A stretch of DNA of 64,000 nucleotides, from contig JAYWIR010000003.1 of assembly GCA_036172245.1 (NCBI GenBank), positions 2,604,001-2,668,000 of the forward strand. Reading direction: 5' to 3'. The DNA is from Raillietiella orientalis (taxonomy: Eukaryota). The translations under genes were made by a program, and so were the position numbers. Position 1 is the first letter of the stretch, and each line of letters opens with the position of its first letter. This document shows positions 37,301-50,600 of the stretch, in pieces. The notes below the pieces were generated by a model. It saw only the letters and a list, made by a program, of their open reading frames with translations. It did not search any database and was not told where the DNA came from.

Positions 37301-39947
37301 ACTACACATTAGACAGCTCATTTAACTTCGAAGTTGGGATTCTGGAAGCTGGTTGAAGATCAGCACTTTGACCAGCCGTATTTCGTTTCGCAGTGCGCTC
37401 GAAAAGGAATCGAGATGTTTTGTCCAAGGGGGTGGTCAGATTGCTTTTTGCTCGCCTTCCGCGATTGTCCGCAGTGTCCGGCAGAATCTGTTTCCGTCAT
37501 CGAGAAGTGATTCGAAAAAGAAGATTGGCGATACAAAGTCCCTCACCTAAGTGAACTGTGAAAGGAAGAATCGGCAATTCTTTGTTTAACACAGGACCGT
37601 CGTTTGCTTCTGTTCAAGTGCGATTCGCTGAGTTGGGAGTCACTGAAGGTGACTAGAAGAACAGGGAGAAGGAATGGGCGGAACTGGAACTTTCGGATCA
37701 CGCAACCATAAGTGAAACCATACGGGTACGAATGGACCTTTGCATCCAAACCTGAGAGCAGCATATGCCTGTCAACCTCTCATTGTTCACCCTCTATCCG
37801 GGCTGTCCTTCTAGAGATCCTGGATTCACTAGTGAAGCGCTGCTTCAGTGCTCCGGGATCCTGAATTTCAAATTTGGATCTCCGGGAAAATCCCATTCTG
37901 ATGTGCAGCGATTCAGATAACTGTCCGAATGATACATGATGCACACAAGACCAGTTTCCTTTGGGCCTTTATGTTTCCGAAGAGCATATGGGCATTGCTG
38001 CATGTTACTTGTACAACTCATTCGATTCGTAATTGCCAGTTCGACCGAGGAGAGATAATAGGTGATGCATGTGGTAAGCACGGAAATACCGAAAGTCACA
38101 AAATAGGAAAACCTGATTACTATTCCGATTTCCATCTCATCACTTCAATGCAGGTTTTCGGGAAGAGTAAAAACCGGTGTTATCTTTGCGAACAGGGTCT
38201 GGGGTACCGATGGCAAATGCCACGGATAGTATGAAAAGGAGAAAGACAGTTGACAAGAAGAGGAGGTGAGCACAAGGAAATGATTCACTTTTCATCGTGG
38301 CTTCATAGGGTTTTTTTGTCGCAATTTGCTGCTTCCGATATTTCGGCAATCTCTCCGAGATAACAGCAACAGGTGATTAACGGAACCAGCGGGAGGAAGG
38401 AAGCAATGAGCGTTGCATGATCCGATTTTCATAGAAAATTTCGATGGTCTATCTGAGTGCATAAATTAAGCTACACGTGTCCAGAGACGACATGCGCAAT
38501 GCTTGGCACCCACGAACAACTGCAATCGTTTCGGATGACAAATTACCAAGCAACACGTTCGAGGAGTAGATCTCGAATTGACGGACAAAGAAAGTAAACG
38601 CAGCCAATGGAATGGAACTAAGTTGGGTCACTGATGTCCAGGCAAGCCATCAGGTGCTCGAGCAAACACGACGAGTTTCAGCTTCCTGAACTTGTAGCAT
38701 TTGACAGATCTTTTCGATTTAAGGAAAGAGATTTAGCTAGCAGAAACTCATCGCTGGACCAATTTGAAAGGCTGTTCCGTCCTTGCTATCTGAGGAACTT
38801 CAAATAAGGATGGAAGACTTCGAACGGAATGTCTTCCGTTCCCTATTTGAAGTCTAACATAAACCGGGTTGTCGAGGAAGCATGGTTTCTCACATGATGT
38901 CGAGGAGGGAATAGTGAATTTCTGGATCTTCATCTAAGCCTGTCCTTCAGGCGGTCCTCTCTTTTCATCAGTGTCATTCCTGGAAGGCTCAGCAGGCGCT
39001 TGAAAATAAAATCAGCTCTTGGTTTCTGAGGGTTTCTTGAGATTTCCATTTAGATGTTCGGCCAGCATTCTTGGGTACGGTACACTAACGTGTTGAATGT
39101 CTGCGTTCTGCCTGTCCATGCATGCAACTTTACCATTAGGATGGAAGGATCGGAAATTTCGCGGCAACTGCGGAAACGGCATGCTTCATTAGTTTGATTT
39201 TTCCTGCGATTTGAATTCTTAGAAGGAACCAGAGGGAACCTCTGCATGAACGCTGTCTGGAGATTCCTTCCGCGTTTGTTCCGTCTGAAGCCACTCGGAT
39301 CTGTTGCTCTCCGGTCTTCGACGCGTCTCTCATTGCTTGAAAGAATGATTTATTTTTCTTTTGCACAATGGAGCTTCGTTTGGGCTATTCTGCATTCGTC
39401 GTCTTTCGAATCTGGTCTGACAGCATGCTTGAGAGCGACCGCCGAGGCAGTTTTTGCTAAATCTCGTCTAACGAACCGGCATCGTTTAGAAAAGGTGATC
39501 TTGCTACACCCTTTAGATATTTAGCAAGTTATGCGGACAACTTTTTTCTTGCCGACAGAGACATCAGCTACGAACTTGAGAGGAGCGATCGAAACGCATA
39601 CAGACGAATGCTCCCATTGGGCCTCACTTCCTCATCGAACACTGAAAATTATGCACATCATTTTCGCAGTTGCAGATTATTCGTGTGATTCTGATCTCAG
39701 TAGTGGGTAGGAGATCTAGGAGGCGACATGGCTTTGGTGATTCCAAATTTTTTTCCGGATTCGAGAGATTTTCTTTATCCCCTGGTACCGTGGCGAAGGC
39801 GAGGTCTGCCTGGTCAAAACGCCTCCGCAGGATGGAAAGCCTCATTTTGTGGCTATGAGAGTTATGCACTTGACTCTTAAGCATTCCTCAAAGAGTGGGC
39901 GACGCCAAAAAATCAGATACCTCCTATAGGAGATTAGGAGGCATTAG

Positions 39948-39996
39948 ATTCTTCAATTCAGGAATCTCCTAATAGGAGATTCCTGAATTGAAGAAT
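39948..39996. repeat. Perfect inverted repeat with 24-bp arms and a 1-nt centre
   Basis: ATTCTTCAATTCAGGAATCTCCTA-A-TAGGAGATTCCTGAATTGAAGAAT; the arms are exact reverse complements. Confidence 0.95.
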
Positions 39997-41602
39997 TTTT
40001 CGGGGTCGAAATTTCTCCTGAGGATGAATCAATTACTGAACCCCAAAATTAGGAGTGCTCCGTCAGTGATGATATTTCATGGATCACTTTTCATGGATTG
40101 TTTCGGTTGCGCACGCTGCTTTCGGTGCTCCAAGCAATCTTGGCATTGTCGTCATGGCGATCACGACTGGATGTAAGTTGCAGAAGCTCATCAAAAAACC
40201 AGACTGATTGATCTCGTTCTTGATTTTAAAACTTTCCTTCCTTCTTTCCGCCCTTTCGCTTTTTGTTTTCCATTTGGTTAAGTACTTCTCACCTCACGTT
40301 CTGCCTTCGTCATTCGTGGGACAGTTTTTCTCTGGCAGCTGCATGGATTTTTCGGTGATAAAGGCAGAATTCATCTTATCATTTTGGCGAGGAATTTGTG
40401 GGTTCATCAGGATGGTAGCGAAAAGTGAACGCGATTTGACTTTACAGATGGAGATCGAGTCAGAGGGATCCGTTCTCACTGAAAGGCAGCGAAAAGCGTT
40501 TGCACCCCCCAAGATCGTTCCATCAGGTAGCACGTAATTTTCAAATTTCATTCTTCCGCGCACTCAAGGGGTGTCCTTACTTCTTGTAAACCTCCCTAAT
40601 CTTAACAAGCAGGCCGCCACGTCATGTAACACTGGCATAAGAATGAACACGAGATCGAATGGAAGCTGCCTCTTTAGAGATTCCTCTAGAATAACTAGTA
40701 GTACCCTGCTGTCCTAAGGAGCACATGACGTGCCTTGGAATCGGGCGGAATCTCAGCAACAGGAAAGGAAATTCCACATGGGAAGTCCATTATGATTTCC
40801 CCTGCACCATGTCACGTGACCGCTGGTTCCAGAAAGCAACGCGATGAATATCCACTGAATAAAAACTTTTTCCTGCGGAAACATTGCTGATGTCCATTGA
40901 GTGGACGCGCCAAAAGCTCGCTAGACATAGGCAGCAACACACAAGAAGATGCTTATTAGGGAAGCCTTATTACTAAGCCTCAATTGCCATCGCTGCCTCA
41001 GACGTGGGTAAGCTGAAGTTGCAACAGAAACTCTTTGGTTCCGCGAAATCCCTTTACTCTGTTCTTCTAGTCAGAACTCACAGATGTTTGCAACTGAAAG
41101 GATTTCCCTAGTGTGGAACATGAGCGCCTCTCAGGAAAAGACGAATGCTTCACGATTTTTGCGCATCGTTAGAAAGAAACGATAATAATTTAGATGAAAT
41201 AAATTTAGAAATTTATTTTTCATTATTCAAACAATCCTTCGCGGGAGGGGGGGCATTTACGGTCATTAGCAGCGAAGACACTCAGTAATGAGGCCGAATT
41301 ACATTGCAAGTAAACTGGGCAGCTACAAACTGACCGTTCAGCGAGTGCGGTGGTCATCTTCGGGAGTGCAAGCAAAAAGTGTTTTAGGTGATCTCGAAAA
41401 GGCATCCGCTAGGAAAGTGGGAATGGATGTTTTTCGAGTGCTTTTTTTTTTTTTTTTTGGAGTTGGCAAAAGCTGGGATCTGGCACTACTTGTTAATGAA
41501 TCATGGAAAATGTGGAAAACAAAGTAGCAGTGCTGCTTGCATGACTTACACGTTCTTGCCGTTGGAGCCACAACAGAAATTTCAATTTTTTGGCATTTTT
41601 TT

Positions 41603-41606
<4 letters not shown>

Positions 41607-41642
<36 letters not shown>

Positions 41643-41646
41643 CGTG
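41607..41646. repeat. (TG)n microsatellite following a T run
   Basis: Directly visible. Confidence 0.95.
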
Positions 41647-44600
41647 CCATAATATATGAGAGGAAGAGAAGCAAATCTTTGCTTCATCATGCTAAATCCG
41701 TCCAGCCTCCAGCCTTATCCAGCCTTTGAGCGTTTGATTCCATCGGAGCTGAGGATTTCCGAAGTGATTTAGTGAAGATGCAGGACTTGATGCAAAACAT
41801 CCAATTCGGTAGTTTCAAAAGATCGGACGCAGGAACAGGGGGAGATTTTTGCGAGCTTTCGGAAAGCTCAAGCCGGCATATGTTTGAGGAGATTTTTTGC
41901 AGATGGTTTGGCAGCGGACTTTACCAAACTTTCCTCCGAAGACGAGACTGAAGCTGAGTTTCGCTTGCAGTTACATCTGAAAGTACGAAGGCAATGGCAG
42001 CAGTGAAGGACGAGCTGCTACCACTTTCAGGCGGCAGGCCACTTTTGCAGAGCAACGATGCTCCTGACTCTGCCCACTGAGAGACCGCTAGCATCACTGA
42101 GATCAGACGACGCTGAGAGCACATCAGTGACGGGCACGCGAGATAACTTTTAAAATGTCGAAAAAGGAGCAGTCGCTCTCAGGAAAGAGGATTCTAAGGA
42201 ATGCGGAAAAGGAATTCCCTTCCAATGCGCTCTTTTGGCTAACAGGGAGACGGATTTTCCTGCGAATGGTGGTCGATCGGCAGAAAATCTGCCAGCGTAT
42301 CCTTGGTTACCAGCAAGGAGGACAAGCGAAGCGTGGGTTTTGACCTACGTGGTCCAACGCGGCTTTCCGATTGATTAATTGGTGGCTTTCTTGTATTGGT
42401 TTTACTTCGCTTTTGTATTTGAGCGTGCATTCACGGTGAGGCGAGTAAATGTTTTCAGGAGTGACCACCGATAAGCACTGTCGTTTCGAGAATGCTTCTG
42501 CAGAAGAAAAATTCTCATCCTGACGCATTCCCGCAACATGAGTTGCAACTTTGACGATCCCCACTCAGCTGGGCAGCGAGTGGGGAGCGAATGTTTGCAC
42601 ACAGTTTGCACTCGCGGCTGCCAAAAGCTTGCTGTTTCATCCTTCGGGCAGTTGGTCGCCAACTCCGAGGTGAATTCACACAGAACAAGCATGGAGGCGA
42701 CGTCGTTGCTTCAGTCAAGAAGCTGCCAAGCCTGCACACGCTACTTTTCCTCGCCTTCCCTTCCTCGCAGTGGTTTCACAAATCTGCCTGTCGAATTCTT
42801 AAAGATGGACGAGGTGTGCATGCACAAAAACTTTTCTTCAATGGGGTTGACCACTCTGCCCGTCCCATTCAGTGTGATGGCACCACACAAACATTATAGT
42901 TGAGTTCTTATTTTGTACTCAGTGACTGGAACCGGAAGTCGCTATTCAGGCGCTATTCTGAAATTTCCATCTTCCACTATCAACAGTTTTTTCCCTTCTC
43001 GAAACCCCACAGATAAACCAAGATTTCGCAGCGTCCTTCAGCAGGTCCTCAAGGGTATAGTGACAAACTATCATCAGTAACAGATGATCAAACAGGATGC
43101 GTACTTTTTGACTTCCCCATGAAGAATCTACGTGCATCGGCGAATCAAACGTTGCCTAGCAAACCATTGAGGAATGTGTCTGCGAAATTTCTTGGTATTC
43201 GGAGAGCAGTTGGCTATCTTTTCAAGGTGTTCATTCCTGGAGACGTAGAAAATGAGTTCATAAAGGAAAGCAATAATTCTTGAAAAGCATTTTTTCCGAG
43301 GTTTCCTAAACCATGCAGCGTGAGATTTTCAGGGAACATCGATGGGATCCCTTCTTGCAGGAAGGGTGCTGTTTTACCACATGAACGGAGTGATTAGGTC
43401 TACAATCTGTTGCTTCTTCTATCATGCAGCATTCCGGATGTTTTCATGTAGGAACAATGGATCGCATGCTCTTTGTACAAGTGCACAGGACATTTTCCTT
43501 TCGTTGGTCCGCTCCCCTTCCCCAGCCTTGATCCCAATGTCGACGAGGAGTTGCATTTCGCAAGGATTTCGCATCTCCTTCCTTACAAAATTGGGTTTTG
43601 CATAGAATTCGCGCGAGACGACTTCTTGGGTTTGGAGAAAGCTACCAGATGAAACACAGCTTCTCGCGAGAACGGCTCTTGCCATGGTTCTCGCGCGACC
43701 TTTCTTCCTTCTTGGTCCTTGAAGAAATACCACAGATACCCGCTCCAGACAATGAGTCTTCGTACGGCAGCATTTCGATCTATCTTGCTCTCAAAGACAC
43801 AAACCTTTCCCGAGTACTAGAAGAGACATCGGAACCGCTCTCCTCGGAAATCATTGCGTTCTGAACTCCCCGCGAGGCACACCTCAAATAATTGCCACAG
43901 GGATAGAATTTGTAGTATTTCTGTAAACAAAAATTTGGTCGCTTCAATACGCCCTGCTCGCCTCTCAAAGCCGAGAATCCATTGCAATTTGGGACGGGCA
44001 ACTTAAGAAGCCGTTTCTCGAAGTATTCCAAGCTTGGGAGCAAAAACTGATCCAGGGAGCACACACTCTTTCGAAAAATGTTAATGCCGAAGCCGAGAGT
44101 TCTCCGGAATCCAGGTTCTCAAATGGCATGCGAAATCATAAGGGAATGATGAATGTTTTTTCGTCGTGCATAATCTTTAGATGGACGCAAGCACCCGTGG
44201 CGAATGAAAACAAATGTGCATCCTTATATATGTAAAAATGCATCTCAAACGATGGAGGGGAGGAATCGAGGCTCGTCAGATAAAAAAAGAAGAAGAAAAA
44301 AAAAAAAAAAAAACAACGAAAGATCGGCCTTGAAAAATGTGTATTCTTCACACAAGAACACTAAATTGGGAATTTTCGCACGAGTATGGGAGACAGAAAG
44401 GAACTTTCCGAAGGTGTTTCGCATCCACCTCGTTTCTCTGGAGAATATCGAGCGCGATTTTCTCCAGGTTTTTTCTGCAGAAGCAACATCATTCGACACT
44501 TGACCAAGCCAACGCCGTGTTCCTCACGCGGCAGGAGGGACAAGGAAATTCCTTTCCCATAGTCCGCAAGTGGAACGCGGGTCAGAACACCGCACCTCGA

Positions 44601-47600
44601 TCCACCTAGCATCCCGATTCCCAACCGCCTCGGCGACTGCATCGGTTTTCGCGAGCTCAGTGCTTTCGGGAACCTTCGAAGTCGCCGCGTCCAAGTCTTC
44701 ATTCCAGAGTTTTCCTCCAGGAACGAGAGGGCTCCCTTCCGAATAAACGGAAGGCGTTCCCCTCGTCGAATCACGGCGAGGTCTTCCACAGGGAGAACTC
44801 TGCACTGAGCTCCCCGAGCATTCAGCGCGAGTTCCAGCATCGGCTTAAGCTGACATCTCGGTGGCACGCAGCACATTGCGCTTCCTGCCTGCCTCGGCTG
44901 GTCAGTTTTACATCACCGGCAGCCACGCGCGCCCCAAAGTGCCGGCAGGAAAGTGCATTCCCCTCCCCCCTCCCCCATGAGTGGACACATTAAAGGAGCG
45001 AACCGCTATCTCAGGATTTTTCCTAAGCTGGTTGCTCCTGGAGGTGCGACATGGCAAAAGAGACCATGGATGTAAGGTTCAGCTCTGCGGAGCGATGGCA
45101 ACGTCCACAACAGCGGTGGCGATTATTGACCCACATTGCACTTGCCAAACGGAACCTGCGCCTTGGCAACGAATGATGGCCATCCTTATGGCAGGATGAA
45201 AAATGGATGCAGGAGAAGCGATCCCTTACGAGTATGCGCCGACCCCTGGGATCTTGAGATGCAAGAAGTGCTGAGGGGTTGAGGGAAATGGAAATTCCCG
45301 AGAAGCAGTGGGAACGGACAGAAAGGAACCGATGCGTTCGGGCATGCAGTACTCCTAATAGACATGCTGAAAGCAAAGCGTGGTCCACCGCGCCCAGCGG
45401 AATGACTTCAGGAGAAGGCAGGAAAAGATGATAGAAGCTCTTTCCTGCACTTGTTTACCTTTTTTCCTTCCCGCCGACGTACTCTCGATGATGTTAATAT
45501 TCAAGAACATTAGCATCAGAGATCATTACTTCGCCGGTATTAGCTCGAAGAAAGGCGCAAGCAGAAAAGCAAAGCTTAGTGATAGGAATGGCACACCACA
45601 CGACTCCATACTCTAATAGAAAAGTGGGGGCACGCTGGCGTTAGTTAGTCCCTCTAGAAACGCTGCCGATCCAAAATAATGGAACTTCCATGTGAACGCG
45701 GTGGCGGTGTGGAATCCCCCGTTCACACGTCCATCCCCGGATTGTGGCCTCGACCCCTCCCCTATCACCGTTGGCTGCTCCAGGAATTCTCCGACACCAC
45801 TGCCGTGTACGCATTTCGCAAGTTTTAATCGCGGGGCGGCTCGGCGTGCTGTGCGCCAGAAAATGCGCCCGGCTTAATCCCAGAGCATGGATGCTGCGCT
45901 CCCCGTGTACGAATTTTCTCTCTTGCCGGCTACATTCACCCGCCCGGTCTGCTGGGCGAAAAGCGATTGGATGAGAAACGAGCCCACGGTCAGACCTTGA
46001 AATCCGTTGCATTATTCTGTCAGAAAAACGCTGGAAACCTGGAGCCTGATTTTATAGCCAATCAGGGTCGTTCTCCATCGCAGACTTAGACTACCCGCCA
46101 GCCATTCGAATATCCTGTACTTGTTCTGGAATGCACCCCTACGCTTTCATCTCCGAGCCTGCGATTTGATCATAATCGTCGCAATTGCCGATTTTTAAGG
46201 GATGAATTTTTTTTTTTTTTTTTTTCACTCTCCTTTGCCCTGTTGTTGGAAGCTGTTCCCGACAACCGTGAGAGTTGATCTTGTTCGCGATAAGGAAGCG
46301 ATCGCCGAGCCATATGAGTCCCGCCAATGTCCGAAGAGGAATGAGTAATTGGGAGCCATCACGAAATCCGAATCATCCTATCCTCCCTCTAGGTCACAGA
46401 AGCTCTCGGTGAGCAGGGACGTGTCCTTTCCCCGGGAAGAACAAGGGAGGCGGTAACTCGAAAGCGCGGCTCGGACTACAGGTGTCTGAAGCTCGAAAGA
46501 ATGGTCGTGGGCGTGCAGCAGGAGGTACAAGGTGGTGCCCCAGAGTATCTTCGCGGCGGGCATCGCCAGGAGCACAGATCGTCCTGCGTCTCCTTGGAGA
46601 GGGGAAACCCGAAGCCACCTCTGATGAGACCTTTGCGCGCTCGCCGGCCGCTCAGCAACTGCAATCTTGATGGGATCTCAGAACTTGTGCTGCAGTTGGG
46701 GTATTTTGGGGTGGTGGTGGCAATGGCAGCAGACCTTCGAGGACGTGGAAGGCTCTCTCACCTCGAGGCGCTTGCTTCTCGCCAGAGTATCGTGACTGAC
46801 GATCGCCGTCCCCTCTTCCCCCCTCCCTTGCGGCACATCGGCAAAAGAGCTAAGCGCGTTTCCGATTTCGGAGTGGAGCGAGGGAATGCCGCCAGAATGC
46901 TCTGTTGTTCGTGGCGACTCCCTCGAACGGGAACGCTTCGGGACTTTCACGGAGCGAAAGGGAGGGACTCTCAATCCCTCGAGCAAGTTCCGTCCTCTGC
47001 TTCTTCAAGAAGTGATTATCGCTCCATTCCGTTTTACAACGTCCGATGATTGTGAGCACAAATGAAATTACAGGATCATTCCGCTCTTCATAATGAGCGG
47101 GAATGGTCGTCGCCGAAGAATTCGGTAGTTTCCAGCGGTGGCGCAGGTTTTCGAGCTGGCTTTGTTATTTTTCGAAGCGCAAGTCATATGAATCTTTGCT
47201 GACAGGTTAATTACTTCCTCTTTGATTTAGTGCTTCTATCTGTCTGTGTCTGAATAACAACGCTTTCAAACTAATCTTCACGCGGCGAATTTACGACTGT
47301 CCCTGTTATAAGGAATATACGGTTTTCGGCTCCAGCGATCTCTCTCTGTTTATCAAGGTTTTCTCCTTTTTATCGAGGTTCACTCTTCTTCCTCCGCTGC
47401 TGCTGCTGCTTTTTTTTTTTCTTCTTCTTCTTCTTCTCGTGTACGTGTGTGTATGCGTGTATGTGTCCTCTTTCGAGGGGATGGAAAACATCCTCTCTCG
47501 ACGTGGAACTTTGAGATGCGCGCGCAAAGGACACCCTGCAAGTGCAAGAGCACCGCGTCCTCCCGAATCTTTAAAACATCACGTCCCCTCTCGCGAAAAT

Positions 47601-50600
47601 GCGAAATAAGGGATTCTGGGGGGGAAGGAACCGCGTGCTGCCGAACACTGCGATTCGAAAATATCCCGAAATGTGTTCCTCTTCTTGCAGACGCACTGCT
47701 TTCGAAATCCGCCGGCTTGGAGTAATCGGTTCGCAAGGAGACCGGCGATGATTCGATTTCGAAACCCAATCGCAACTGCCTGTAGATAGGCACAAAGGTG
47801 TCCCTTATACGTCCCTGAACACTTGGCGCTCGCCCGTGCTTCAAGGCACGGGTCATTTCACATCCACACGCGCCAGTCCTCCTCCTTCCAGCCTACTCGG
47901 CATCTCTTCGGGCTTACGCAACCTGTATGGCGCCTCATCCCAGAGCCTGTCTCGCCCGCTTGGTCTGGTTTCTATCGGCAAGCCCGCCTATTTCAATTTC
48001 TACGATGCAGACTCCCACCGGATCGAACTGCATTCAGAGGAAAGAGGCGATCGGACGGGAGTTTGTCAATCCGAAAAAGGGAAGGGGGTCGCGGACGCCG
48101 CAGGAAAGGTGTCGTCGGAAACGTCTCGATCATTCAGAAGGAACATCAGGATGCGAAGAGATTTGTTCGCCGATCTTGTTCTCACACGCGCGCGCGACGA
48201 TTCAGCTGCATCCCGCCTAACGCCAATTGAGAGATGATCATTGCTCGAAATTTTGCTCGAGGCATTGCTTTTTCCCTCCTAAGCCAACAAGGCTGATCAT
48301 CTTTCATAATCTTTCTCGAGGGCCCTCTGGTCAGAGATTACAAATGCTTGCACAAAGGCGCAGACGCTGAAAGCACCGAAAGAGTGTGTGTAGCTGGGGA
48401 CTGAAATGAACGGAATAGACGCCCGGTTGGAAAATTCCGGTTGGATGCTGAGATAACTCCCAAAGTGTGCCGAACTCTGCGCGAGAGAAACTCGAAGTCC
48501 AATCCGAAGTCCGAACGAGGAAGCGAGGAATTTGAAAGTTTGAAAAGGTGGTCGATCCTCCTCCAGAGTCTGCAAGGAATCAATCACTGTGACAGTCAAG
48601 GAGAGACTCCAAATTTCGAGGGCCGATGTAGAAAGCAAATGATCCTCAAACAGAGCAGCACCCCAAAGGTGTAATCAGGACAACCGCCAGCCGTTGCTAT
48701 ACTGCAGCTGTCGTTTCCTTGTATCCTCATTCTTGGTGAGACTACAAAAGAGCAGTCATCTCTCCGAATCGCGTCAGTGCAAGTGACACCCCACTGGAAT
48801 TCATCTGAAGGAAGAACATTTTTCTCAGAGAATTTTAGGTTTCCGGTAAATCTGACCGATTGTTTTCAATACACGAATGCGCGCCCAGTAGGCTTTTGCC
48901 GCATGCGCGTGTCAAGTTTCCGGGAGCAGCATCAGCAGCCAGGATGAACATCCACTAAGGAAGAATACTGGTCACATTTTTCCACCACATCTTCCAAATG
49001 CTTTCCTGCGCATTTGCGGAGCTTCCCATTTCTGGATGGAGATGAAAAAATTTCCAGCTGACCCGAAGTGTGCTGCAGAGATGCTGCAGAGGCCGCCATC
49101 ATGTGGTTCCCACTGCGTTGCTTCAGCTTAGTGACGAAGCAAATTTAGTGAGCTCAAGCACACTGTCCTCAGAAAAAGGGGAATTACGGAATTCCTCCAA
49201 ATAGGTTTCCGCGTTGCATTAGTTTACTGACTAATACGAACGTTCTGGTCCAGGGCTCATGATTTTGAACTCGGAATGCAAAATCTCTGCACTTTGAAGG
49301 CAAAGCCTTTGGAGCGCTGTTGCCTTCTCAAGTGGGAGGAAAATGGCATGCTCGGATGTCTCCAGAAAGGAAAGAAGAAGTATTAGGGGTGTTAAGCCGT
49401 CGACGACGACGTCTCCGGATGAATCGGATGTTCAGAAACGTAGGTCCTAGCCCGATAGTAGTTGCCAGAATATTGGCAACGTCTGAAAGTACTCTGTCCA
49501 TCGAACGAACAGAATTCTCTGGAAGTCATTGGGTCTTCCTTTTTATTCACCGGGTCGCAAGGAAGGCGAATCCACCTCCATGAAAATCCATTCCCCCGAG
49601 GACGAATTGTCATTTTTATTTGCTTTATTTACTCATAAGGATAATAAGAAAGTTCAAAGGTAGAGGACCAGCATGAAGGCGATGCGCCTGGGATTCGGGC
49701 GCCTTTTGTGCGCCTTTTGTTCGTAGGAAGACAATGACCTTGCATCTTCCTAGAAGAGTTATTGAAAATCGGCTGCGCAATAATTCCTTGCGGTGGCAAT
49801 TTCGTTTTAATGAAGCCAAACTTGTTTACAAATACGATGAAACGTTGATCCTTCGCTAGCTCACGTGATCAGACAGCGAAAGCATCACTGCAGGAAAACA
49901 TCTCAATATTGGGAAATATTGGATATGCGCCGGAGTCATCTCTGAGTATCACTGTGATGGCGCCATCTTTCGGAAAGCAAAATTTCCGTTAGCGGTTCAG
50001 CAGTTCATATAATGATACTTCACAAATTATGCATGCGTACATCAAGCATCGCTCAGATCAAAGGACCCCATCCAGTCCTTCCGTGGCTTTGGAGAAACAC
50101 ACGTCTTCGTCCGTTCGAAAGCATTTTCTTTGACGGAGAATATTCAAACACTGCTTACACGGAAAGTGACGTTAGGCAGTTTTGAAGACAAAAGCGCCGT
50201 GAGGAAACAGCCCGACCAAGATTCGACCAAGGAGCCAAGCGGAAAAGGCAGAAATGCAGATGAAGAGGTGGCAACCATGATATTGTGAATCCACTGTTTA
50301 GTCCCAGGTCTTGAATTCTTTTGGATTTTAAGAAGGAAATTCAAATAGGCAATGGCAGGAGGAAACAATTTAAGAAATCATGCAAATTCATAAAGCGTTC
50401 GATTCGTCGTTTGAATAAATCATCCCGAACTCTTGTTTGGAAATTCGCATTTAGAAAACATTCCTTCCTCAAGCCAATGATGATATACTGTTGTGAGTTG
50501 CACACTTTTCCATGGATGCACAATTATGCGTGGGGGGAAGAGAGTCCCAGTCCGCTACCGCTCGCAAACCCTGCATTCGTGCTGCTAACCAATCAGAGCG

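Noticed and set aside
40821..40840. TGGTTCCAG (WFQ) as a possible homeobox helix 3
   Set aside because: It continues WFQKAT rather than WFQNRR, with no homeodomain context.
46590..46690. CTGATGAG hammerhead-like core (also CTGATGA at ~8272 and ~35831)
   Set aside because: There is no properly placed stem II + GAAA + stem III/NUH arrangement.
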